A stretch of 62,469 nt of DNA, counting the filler, from Choristocarpus tenellus KU-1152 (Eukaryota; Protista; Phaeophyceae), in assembly GCA_964200185.2 (NCBI GenBank). It is 12 parts of 12 records of this genome, joined end to end, with 100 filler letters (N's around TTAATTAATTAA, not from the genome) between each part and the next. Parts side by side here need not be neighbours in the genome. Positions count along the whole stretch, not along the records: positions 26,627 to 29,676 come from CAXNAD020022686.1; positions 29,777 to 37,661 come from CAXNAD020005445.1; positions 37,762 to 43,107 come from CAXNAD020011075.1; 9 more parts are not named here. One strand, 5' to 3'. The notes under the pieces were generated by a model, which saw only the letters and a program-made list of their open reading frames with translations, had not been told where the DNA came from and did no database searches. Numbering within the stretch: the stretch's first letter is position 1; the number at the start of each line of letters is the position of its first letter. Shown in pieces: positions 27,797 through 38,734 of this stretch. Both the position numbers and the translations under genes were made by a program.

Positions 27797-28564
27797 TCAT
27801 GTTACTCTATCATTCTCACTATCTAGTGCAGGCCCTCTGATGCTTTGAAGATCCCAGTTGTTGGAAGCCTTCTTGTCCAGACAAGAGGGTTGCCCCCCCT
27901 TACCCCAGTCCTTCCTTTCCCCACCCCCACTATCAACGTTTGACACGGCACAGTTGTCCTTGCTTTCGGGTGATCTAGATCCTCCCCATCTCTGTGTAAC
28001 TGCTACACTGCCCCCAGGTGTAGGAGGAGCATATTCCGCAAAGACACCCCAACTCAGGCGCCGTGGTTGATCTTGCCCTTTCCCCACTGCCTGCGAAACT
28101 GGCACTGGTTCCCAGCTCCTTCTTCTGAAGGCTTTGTCCCCCTTCCTCTGCCCTAACCCTAGAGTTCCACACCGCAGTGCCCCCCCCTGCCACTGCGCCC
28201 TTGAATTCCCTAACACCGACCTTCCCTCGTGTGTTCTAGGGAACCCCTGCTCCAGAACACCTTGCCCACTTCTTTGCCATGACTCTCTCCTGTTGCCACC
28301 CCCCTCACCCTTCCCAAAACTTTCTCTATCTTGTGCAAGCCCCTGCAACAACCGCTGCCTATCCTCTCCCAGACTTGGACCCTCATCTTGCCCCTTCACC
28401 AACGAGAGCCCTCTCCCCCCAACAGACCCTGACCGGGCAGTCCCCACTTTATCCACACATGCTGAGTCATCACTGTTTCCATTGTCCTGATTGTTGCGTC
28501 CAACAGCCAGCTCTGTCTCTTCATGTATATTGGCAAGATCGCTCTGACCACTCATTCGGCGACG
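27797..28564 (-). CDS. Probable large exon of an unknown, largely disordered protein
   Basis: 256-codon open frame after a plausible acceptor (TTGTTCAG|CGT); Gly/Arg/Ser-rich with repeated RRxSW motifs; no known domain. Confidence 0.45.
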   Translation of the reverse strand, partial: RRRMSGQSDLANIHEETELAVGRNNQDNGNSDDSACVDKVGTARSGSVGGRGLSLVKGQDEGPSLGEDRQRLLQGLAQDRESFGKGEGGGNRRESWQRSGQGVLEQGFPRTHEGRSVLGNSRAQWQGGALRCGTLGLGQRKGDKAFRRRSWEPVPVSQAVGKGQDQPRRLSWGVFAEYAPPTPGGSVAVTQRWGGSRSPESKDNCAVSNVDSGGGERKDWGKGGQPSCLDKKASNNWDLQSIRGPALDSENDRVT

Positions 28565-28917
28565 CTGAACAATCCATAACACACAAAAGGTACAGCATTC
28601 AAAAAGGTACACCAGAATGAGGATAGGTTGAGCGCACCAAGGGTGTGAAAGGTGTGTCACATGTCAAGGACAGTAGGGTATATATATATATATATATATA
28701 TATCCAGTGTCATTTTGGTGTGCTTTTACACGAGAGGAATAATGTGCATGAGTCCACACCCCACATACGCCATCGTTCTCTCATAAAAAATCACCTTGTA
28801 TTACCACATATTGTTCCTCCCATTTAGAACATCCTCCTGTCAAACATGTTGAGGTATCTCACTAATCAACCAACCATAGGCACAAAAGTCGGGAACTTGG
28901 ACAACGCATGTTTTTAC

Positions 28918-28998
28918 CTCCTAGAGTACTATTTATCAATAGCAAATTACATGAGACTCCTAGAGTACTATATTTATCAATAGCAAATTACACGAGAT
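28918..28998. repeat. ~40-bp tandem duplication
   Basis: CTCCTAGAGTACTAT(AT)TTATCAATAGCAAATTACAYGAGA twice. Confidence 0.85.
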
Positions 28999-29969
28999 TT
29001 GCAATCCATACACTAGCACAGGAATGGGTGTGAATACATCATGAAAGAGAGAGGGAAATAGTAGAAGAATGCATACAATTAACAAATACTCCAGAGTAGT
29101 AGAAATGAAAGAGATAGAGACGAACATAAATGAGTACATTACAGCCAGTACACACAAGGCACCATCATCCCCCCAGGAAATTAACCAAGTACAGCAAACA
29201 CTAACTCTAAATCAAACTATGTGATCCTGGGAAGAGTGCTATCGATCAGCATCACACTCAAGATGCTCCCTCCAATAAAAGAAGAGACACAAACAATTAA
29301 TTTTGCAAGCATACGGGCTACCACTTCATTCCAACTGGTGTAGGATGCTAAAAAATCTTAAATAAAAAAAATAGTACATAATACGCTGTTACCTTTATCA
29401 CCAGCCAGAGCATCACACCAACAGCAGTGGTATGATGACACCATCTTTCGCCATACTATTCATTGCCCCCCCCCCCTCCCAACCCCCCAACCTAAACTTA
29501 GATCTCACTTTCCTCTACATCAGCGGACACATACCAGACAACCAACACAACTTGACACCAAGGACTACCAACACCTAAGCCGCATCATTCCCCTCCTCCA
29601 ACCAGTCCAACCACTCGCTACTCCATCCCAAGATGCGTTGCTGCTGTGAAAACCATTGTTCACTCCCCATTCAGGGNNNNNNNNNNNNNNNNNNNNNNNN
29701 NNNNNNNNNNNNNNNNNNNNTTAATTAATTAANNNNNNNNNNNNNNNNNNNNNNNNNNNNNNNNNNNNNNNNNNNNCGCTGTCTCTCCTCCCATATTAAA
29801 TAAAAACCGCCACAAAACGAATAACCTCAAACCAATCCCCCCCCCCCCCCCCCCCCCCCAACTCACTACATGCACCCAAAAAAGAGAAATGAATAAATAG
29901 AGCCAGTTCACTGTTCATTCAACACCGCACAGCACCACAAAAAAGAGGTGAAAAAACCCCCAATGTCTC

Positions 29970-29990
29970 TAACCCTAACCCTAACCCTAA
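29970..29990. repeat. Interstitial telomere-like (TAACCC)n; more short arrays at ~30921, 31126-31142, 32361-32377 and 32666-32692
   Basis: TAACCCTAACCCTAACCCTAA and scattered TTAGGG/CCCTAA units in both orientations. Confidence 0.75.
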
Positions 29991-30100
29991 CACGGCTTGA
30001 CACCAGTATATACTACACTATATCACAAATACTATTTGGTGCTATAAATCACAAAACAAACCTTCCAGTAGTCCCGTGCATCTGTCTCTGGAGACATAAC

Positions 30101-31432
30101 CTGGCTCAACTGCCATGCTAGTAGGTTGGCCGTCTCTTCCCATCTCCCAGCTAGTCCCCACAGCGAGACAGACTCTGTAATCTTGCCAACACTGTACGCC
30201 TGTATGAAAAGTATTAATTATATCTGTATAAAAAGTAATGATTGTATCTGTATAAAAAGTATAATTATATCTGTATAAAAAGTATAATTGTATCTGTATG
30301 AAAGGTATTAATTATATCTGTATAAAAAGTATAATTATATCTGTATGAAAAGTATAATTATATCTGTATGAAAAGTATTAATTATATCTGTATGAAAAGT
30401 AATAATTATTTATTTTCTTAGCAATGGCAAGAAGATGTGCTTCTATCCGTGACACTCTATATCCTATTGGATATTATATATATTTCGATGTATTGATTGG
30501 CTGTCCAAACCCTGGCTTCGATGCATTGATCGCTCCATTTTTGAAACAAAATCAAGGGCAATTAAAAAGAAAAAAGAAAAAACATACACCATTACAAAAA
30601 AAAAGTAGCTTAAGTCGCGAGTCACATCAACACCTCTTTCTGACACTTTCACTACAAAAGAGCTATCTGACAAGGAATTGATAGCAAGAAATCTCTTTTC
30701 GTCAATCTCTACAACAAGTGCAACTGTAAAATGCAACTGTTAAATGGAGGTGAGATCAACAGCCAATAGTGTACAACACACCAGTCCTCTTTAGTGTACC
30801 TGGGTATATGCAGCAAATAGCATGTGTATCACGCCTACTGCCATGCAAAATAAAAAAAAGACACACAAGTCACACCGTCGTTAGGAGTACTTGCTCTGCC
30901 CCTAACCTCTCAAACGGCTTTTAGGGTTAGGGACATGGGGGCTAAGGATTATAGAGTCAGGGACTCTAACCCTAATCCAAATACCAACACATTGTGAAGC
31001 ACACAAACAGAAACGGTTACAGTTACAGTTACACTTAGTGTAATGGCCCAAAGTCAACCCCTAACTCTAATGATTTACATTGCAGTCATACTACTGGGCA
31101 CAAAAATGATTGACAAAAGCAATTACCCTAACCCTAACCCTACACAGCTGCAGCCACATGGTCCTAAGGTTAGGGCCTCGTGATCAACCCCAACCCTGTA
31201 TTATCAGTGTTATTAAAAAACATATTGAAGAGGATAACAAGCCCTACTCAATGCTATGACAGTACAACAAAGATTTAGAAAGAAGCTCAAACAGCCTAGA
31301 AACAGTTCAAAATCCTGAGTTGGCAACCTCTCAGTGAATACTGTACCGTACTATACCCTGCCATACCTGTTCTGCAACAGACTGAGCAATGGCAGCGATT
31401 TCATCCGGAGTGAAGTACTCGTCCAGCAGTCC
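30101..31432 (-). CDS. Two internal exons of a probable Nup93/Nic96 nucleoporin
   Basis: Exons 31432-31367 (GLLDEYFTPDEIAAIAQSVAEQ) and 30199-30101 (AYSVGKITESVSLWGLAGRWEETANLLAWQLSQ), phase 0 with CAG/GT boundaries. They resemble by eye the Nup93 segment G.IDKF...VA..AE..G..E.A..LY.LA...KVL.L....LS. Confidence 0.55.
30200..30411. repeat. Minisatellite, 9 copies of a 23-24-bp unit, abutting an exon
   Basis: Unit CTGTATRAAAAGTAT(T)AATTATAT; on the minus strand each unit ends TTTYATACAG. Confidence 0.95.
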
Positions 31433-32855
31433 CTGGTGTCAAAAACCAAAAAAATACCAGCAAGAGCCGATGAACAAAACATCAATAATAAAAATAAATA
31501 AATAATAGTAATAATAAAATAATAATAATAATAACAATAATAGTAATAATAATAAACAAACGTACCAATACTGCATCTCAGGTCACGGTTAGGAGAGTAA
31601 AAAAAAAGAAAAAAAAAAGAAAAGTGTTTACAGGGTTTTTTTCAAGAGATTGCGCATGACCTATATATAGACCATATCAGGTGTTGTGATACAACACATC
31701 AGCAATAATTGTTCCCACGACTGGAATAATACCAACAAAAACAGTAACTGTGTTCATTCAACGTTGGTACACCCTTTGAGTCCCTTAGTGTCCTCTACAC
31801 GCAGCAAAATGAATACTTGGGTGCAGTCGTTGTCACTGATGTAAATGCATTAAGATACGGCGATGTAAGCATTGTTCACTGCATCAATGGTATACCTCAC
31901 AACACTTCAATCAACAGAAATAATTTAAATAAATATATTTATTTCTCATCTTACTCTGCCACTCAACCTCTCTGCAAAATGCCCCCAATTTATTACAATA
32001 GGGCCACACACACACACAAAATATCTTGCCATACACCACATCGTTTCCAGTACCACAAATATTTTTCAAAAAAGAAACGTCGGGTAGGAGAGATAAAAGC
32101 TGCAACCACAACAATGTCCTTGAGATTCGCGATCCCCAATTATAACTCTACATGGACCTTCACACTACCAGAAAAACAGGAATGTAGGAATCAAATCTCA
32201 TCTTCACACATCCTTGACCTTAACCCTCTCTTGCCATACAGATACTTGCTGTCTGTTTCAGGAACTACATGCAGGCATGACTTAATAAAAATAGTATGTT
32301 AGGGATAGTACAGGGGGAAGAGCAAACAATGTACCATTGAGGTTCAATACAGAAAACGAGTTAGGGTGAGGGTTAGGACAACAGCAATGGAGAAAAACAG
32401 GACGATATACCATTGAGCATAACAAAAATGAACAACATTACTCACCCTGATCGTACGATCTATAATACACACACACACACATATATATTACATACAAAGA
32501 ACCCTTCCCTCTGCCTCTTCCCCACTCAAGTACATTGACTTCCTTTATTTGATAATGCAACGACATGATCTACATAGAGACTTATTAAAATCAATTAATA
32601 TCGTTATCAAGGTTTTTCACTTCACCCATTCTCAATGAGGGAATGTTATACGCAAAATCAAGGAAACCCTAACCTTACCCTAACCCTAACCTATTAAATA
32701 AAATATTAGTTTGTAACTATATATTTAATCAACACTACTGAAAACAGGTCCATACTTCCAAATGGTCTTCTCACCCTTACGCTCCCTAACCCTAACAATC
32801 TATCAGGGGGTTCTTACAAAACTAACCTTGACCCTAAAATAATGCTATTAATAAT

Positions 32856-35800
32856 TGTTGAGCTGTCCTTGACGATGTGTTGTCCCACACAACTAGTTCT
32901 TACATCATCACTTATTAGCTTGCATCAGAGTTGAGAAGAGAGTGAGACATCATCACCAGATAGGGTTCACCAAACATAATAGCGAAAACAACTCAGTGAA
33001 ACCAAGAGACCCCACAGTTCTCTAGAACACTTCAGAAACATTATATATTATTCTGTAACAGTTCTCTAGAAGACCTTAGAAACATTATTTTTTATTCTAT
33101 AACAGTTCTCTAGAACACTTCAGAAACACTCCTGCTCTGAAATTCCGCAGGAACTTTGATTAAATACCCCATAGAAATATCCCAAATATCCCAGAATATC
33201 GTTTGTGTGTACATTCAATATGAGTTTGAATCATATGTTATTCTCACAAATGGACAAGCATAATCTTGACACACTCCCCTGCTCTAATCATGCAGTGAGA
33301 ATCAAATCAACTCAATCTGCACACTAGCCCTTGGCCACAGTGCATGATAGATCTAGAGTGGAATTCAAAAATGTTACTGCCCCAAGTCTTTGTAAACAAA
33401 TCACCAAAGGTCAAGCCCTTCCTACTTGTCCTCAACAAATAAGCTATCACTCTTTCTGCCCCCTTTCAATCTGTAACTGCGGGATTCACACACTTCATTG
33501 CTATGCCCCTTACAGCTGATGCTACATCTGGCCTGGTCATGATTGATGCCCACATCAAACTCCCAACCATTGCACGGTAACCATCTCCAATTGGTCCCTC
33601 CTCAACAGGCTCTTTAGAAGAAGTAGCAGGAAGGTTGCAGTCACTCATTATCCCAAACTTGGCTGCCAAGCCTATCAACATACACCTGTTGGTGTAAGGA
33701 AACTGATCGGGTCTACAATCAGTGTCGCTACATCCCATGAACTGTCCCTTCTCCCCAAGGTATTCCACAAGAAATTTCTTGTTTAATCCCTGAATTATAT
33801 CCAAGGCACACTTAGACCCCTTGCTGGCCATAAAAACGTATCACCGATATGAATGAGCATGACTAATACCACATCCCCATCCAACACTCACCTACACAAA
33901 GATCAGTCTCACGTTGTTCCAGTTCCAGCTCCAACAATGATGCCACAAGCAGGACATTCCAACTATGTGATAATTGGACGATCCCATACAATGATTTTTG
34001 TAGCTTCCCAACCGCCCCATCAAAAGCAGCTACCACCCCCTCTGGTAACTCTACATACAGGTCTTCCTCGAGGTCTACATTGGTGAAAGCCCTCACTGCG
34101 TTTGCCATGTTTAGGTCCCACCCCAAACATGCAGTCAGTGCAAGGATTACACGCAGGCTTGACATTTTAGCTATTGCTGCAAAAGTTTCATGCCAGTCGA
34201 TACCAGGCTGTTGTTGGAACCCTTGCACCACCAGTCTTGCTTTCCGGCGGTCCACCAATCCCACTGAATTCACATCCTTCAAAAAAATGAATTTCATCTT
34301 TAGGACATTCGCTCGAGTTGGATGAGCAACCTGCACCCATCTTCCATTAGATATTAATCCATCAATCTCGGCATACATAGCCTCGAGCCACTCCTTGAAC
34401 TCCCTAGACTCAAGTGCTTCCTTCACCGTCTTAGGGACAGGAGGCAACTCACTAGCCAGAGTATCCCTGGCTATCCCTGTCCCAATTCATTGCCAATCAT
34501 ATCCTCTACCTTCTGCCTTACCACGTAGGCCCTTCGACTAGTCGTTCTCCGCTGTGCCTGAGGAGTTGATGACGGTCCCACGTTATACTCACGGAGCTGA
34601 GACAGCATCCTCGGATCAGAGGGTCGTGACTGCCGTCCTCATTTATCAATTCCCAAGCCTCCCACTCCCTGCCGTGGGGGCAAGTACGTAAACCCGTCCT
34701 CATTTATCAATTCACAACCCCTTGATCCAGACCCCTATTGTACTTCTTCAGTTATACCCCAAATCCTCCTCACAAATTACTTCCACCACACCCTTCAAAG
34801 ATATTCCAGGTTTTTCCTCAGTGGAGTCCTCAGTAGAGTCCTCAGGTGTCATTTCCTCGCTAGCTGTCACAGGTAAAAATTCCCCCCCTTCCACAGCGAC
34901 AACCCTGAAGATTGATGTCGGGTGTCATCATGCAGGTTACTCTCCCACATAGACTCCCAACTGATGTCTCTTTTCATCACGAGTCTCTGTGATCGATGTA
35001 ACACTATCCCATACATAGTCTCTGTGATCGGGAGGGTATTGGTTACGGGGTGCAATGCCCATCACGAAACAAACTTCAGCATGGGGTGAACACTCAGTGG
35101 GTCGGTTGCCGATGTGAGCATAACCACGGCTACCTCAAACTGGAATTTGCGTAACATCAGCAGTACGTCAGTGCCACAATTCCCATGGAGTCACCCAGCC
35201 TTCATTCGCAGCCATCGGCGCCATGTTGGTGAGATCGTTGGCATGTGCCATCGCCTCCACCCACAAGGTTCCATTGTCTTCCAATCTCACACCATATCGC
35301 ACTACCAGTTACTTCCAGTTACTTCTTCCACATCAACGTAATTCTCCTTTCGACCACTTCGTTGTATTGAGGCGCACCAGGCACAGTATGCTCGTGTCAA
35401 ATACTGCACCTTTCCAGCATCGACTCAAATGCAGCCCCAGTAAATTCCGTCCAACAGTCCGTCCTTAGATCTTTGATCTCCACCTCAGCAGGCTTGACCA
35501 CGTAGATCAAAACTATCTCAAATGCGGATGATGTCGTTGTATCGTATCGCTCTTGTTTTGAAGTAATACCCAAAATTCATTCCAGTGCAGTCATCCACCA
35601 CGAACATCACATGATATTGCCCCTTTCCCTTTCTGGGTTGTTCCTTCAGTCTAGTCAAGTCCACATAAACAAGCTCCCCCCTAACAGAAGTGTGATTCTC
35701 CATCTACTTTGGAATTGGATGCCAATGACCCTTGCTGATGAGCAACCTCGGACAAAAAGGCCCCCACGTCCCAGTCGTCAAAATATTCTGAGCAGAAGCG

Positions 35801-37283
35801 TATTTCCTGACCATCCCCTGATGTACAGGGCCTCATCACACGCGCAGCTCATTTACATCCATCGACGCAGTTGTATTCCAAGTCAAGTGTAATATTGCTT
35901 TTCCCAGAAACAGGTGTGTTCCATCAATGGTATGGGTAATAGTAGAGTTTATCACACCTACTCTTTGGATACCAAATAAAAATAAATCTTCTCCTCCCCC
36001 AATGACGTAAAAGTGAGATTTCGTTCCCCATTATCCCTTAAGAGTTGAGATTCTAGTAGAGTCCACACGCCGGAAACTGTGACCGTCTCTCATGCAAGCC
36101 TTGGCAGAATACAAGTTCACACCAAGATCAGGCAGCACCAGTAACAGCACACTCCAATTTGATGTCCTTTTCCCGACAATGTCAAGTGTTCCACCACCTC
36201 CTGCTTCAACTGTTCCATCACAGGGTTCTCAATTAAAAATGTTATTCTTGATCGTCGTAAAGTTATGTGCGGCTCCACTATCACAAATACAAACCTCGAC
36301 CCATGATGGTCTCTTGAAGTGTTTTTACCTTACTGGCAAGGTATAACCTCGATTTGTTAAACTTCCCAATCTTGGCCTTCTAGCGTCAGATCCATCCGAT
36401 TTTAGTCCTCCCATATTACCACTACCATTTCTCCCCACCCCATTCTTCTCATCTAGGATGTTGGCAGATCCCAGACCCCTTGACAAACCAAACCTTCTTT
36501 GAGGACATTCAAAGCTTTGACGTCCTAATTCCACGCAAACAAAACAGGTAATAGCCCCTTCAGTCTCCTTCCGCTTGTTCAGTTGTGGGCGCTTGGATCG
36601 GAACTGAGGCCTGTCTCATTCCCAACAACCACGTTGCCCACCAGTATGTCTGGATTAACATCCTGCCACCAGTACGTCAGTTCTCACTCCAGTCGATTTT
36701 ATCCCCCTTTGCATATAGCGTAACCGGTGTTTCTTCAAGACTAACTTTACAGTTTCATTACAGTTTCATTCATCCCTCTGGCGACTCATCATCATATTAT
36801 TATGCCCTCCGACATTTTTTGGAGATTTGTCAGGGGGAAAACAAATGAAAAACTATACAAATGTCAGCATAAGCCCTAAAGAAATAAAATATCATAAATG
36901 TGAAAAACACGAATCTAATTGTTACTTCACCACTGTCAATACTGTACTACCGCCTTCCTGTGCTTCCAATCCACCTACTCTTGCGCCCCGGGGGGAGGAG
37001 CTAGTGAGGCCTCCCAAGAATCCAACAAACCCCTCCGTACCCATCTCCCTGTTGTTGACTCCAGCTTAAGACGCATGACACGTCTAGACAGTGCCACTTG
37101 CGTAGTCACCGAGACAATTTGGCGTAGCCGGGATTTGACTACTCCTTTTCTGCTAACATCAGAGTTGAGAAGAGAATGAGACATCATCACCAGATAGGGT
37201 TCACCAAACATAATAGCGAAATCAACTCAGCGAAACCAAGAGACCCCACAGTTCTCTAGAACACTTCAGAAACATTATATATT
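32856..37283 (-). mobile_element. Decayed near-full-length Ty1/Copia LTR retrotransposon
   Basis: Minus-strand order: zinc knuckle (CFVCVELGRQSFEC, ~36500-36550), protease (CDSGAAHNFT, ~36270), integrase (LVYVDL...VVDDCT, 35518-35703), RT (RKARLVVQGFQQQPGIDWHETFA...LQKSLYG, 33863-34447; YRAMVGSLMW...TRPD), RNase H tail (DLFTK), then PPT GAGCAGGGGAGTG at 33272-33284. The 3' LTR is 32856-33271 (TG...CA). A 5' LTR remnant at 37157-37283 is near-identical to 32923-33050. Confidence 0.9.
36795..37156 (-). mobile_element. 5'-truncated non-LTR (RLE-type LINE-like) 3' end with (ATA)n tail; related pieces at 37283-37415 and (inverted) 37603-37661
   Basis: C-terminal peptide RLRQIVSVTTQVALSRRV resembles the QRxSVAxQ end of restriction-like-endonuclease LINE ORFs. 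An AT-rich 3' UTR ends in an ATA repeat. Three homologous segments are visible. Confidence 0.55.
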
Positions 37284-37761
37284 ATTATTATTATTATTAT
37301 TCCCTCTTTGATTTTGGAGATATCCTAGGGGAAAAACTAATGAAAACTATTCACATATCTGAAAAATCCCAAAAGAAATAACACTTCTCACAAGATTGAA
37401 AAATGCTGATCTATTTCCCATTTCCTTTTTAGCGTGTATATTGTACATACTATGCATCAATAACAAATGTATGAGATAATAAAATAACAAACATGATAAA
37501 TAACTCCTTCCATACCATCAAAATAATGATAAGTTGTCTCAAGCTAAATACTCTTATTACCCAAAGTTTGGAAATAAATAACATAAATAATAGTAATAGA
37601 GAGCACTGTCTAGACGTGTCATGCACTTCAAACTAGAGTCACCAGGGAGATGGGCACGGAGNNNNNNNNNNNNNNNNNNNNNNNNNNNNNNNNNNNNNNN
37701 NNNNNTTAATTAATTAANNNNNNNNNNNNNNNNNNNNNNNNNNNNNNNNNNNNNNNNNNNN

Positions 37762-38330
37762 ACAGCACCTGTTCTCTGAACCTCGGGCATGTGTGTGTGT
37801 GACTTGAATAGTGTCCACACATACGTCTTTTGCATCCAGTTACGGCAGTGGTTGGGGAGTTTCTCCTCTACCCCTTTAGATGGGTGCAGTGGGAGGAGTA
37901 TTTGTGGGGAAGGCATCAAACGTCCAAACTCGAGGTGTTGAGTGGTTGCGCACGCATTGGCCCTTTGCCCACACTGGTTCCTATGACGTGCTAAAGCCAT
38001 TGCAGAATATTCTCTTTCGGGTCTGAGATCTGCATTCAGGTTTGCCAACTGGGTGGAAAGGCGTTGATTGAGGAGACGACGAGGTCTCTTGCTGTACCCG
38101 TCTCCGCATCCCTGTTATATTGTGCGATACCAAGGGTGTGAACTTCAGAAAGGGAGTGTACCACTCCAGTCTACCCAGCCCTGGGCTATGATCGGGGCCA
38201 GGTCTTCAGCAAGAAATCCTGTAGATACGATCATGTGGATTGATGGTGCGAGGAGATGTGTTAGATATTGAGGTCGAATTCCTTGATATATCGGACACCT
38301 TTCTGTCTTGACACATCATCTAGTAACAAC
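37762..38330 (-). mobile_element. Decayed LINE (RLE-type) ORF fragment
   Basis: Degenerate zinc-finger-like segment GVEEKLPNHCRNW...HTH...RTGA; stops and frameshifts. Confidence 0.35.
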
Positions 38331-38734
38331 TCTTGACGTCCCGAAAAAAAGCGCCTTTTTTCCTATTCGACGTTTTCATCCACAAAGTGAAAGTGTTGAT
38401 TCATCACCATCTTTGTCTTGTCTTGTGCATAGATTTATTGTTCAGGATTATCCCGCAAGTAATGTATGATTGGGTGAGTGTCCTCCAAGAACTCACTCAT
38501 GCGTTGGTAGTGGACTAATGTTGAGTGATAACAAATGACATGTTGTCCTAACATACGGTAATACGTCCATCCATACTCGATACACACAGTTGAGAACAAA
38601 CCAAAAAAACTTCACCATACAGACCTTGTGTCGAAGAACGTCAATCTATCCTCAACATAGACCGAGACCAACTACAGAACAGTAGCACTCTCTACTGTCA
38701 TCGTAGGTGTAGGTTCCAATTGGTTGCCTAGAGC

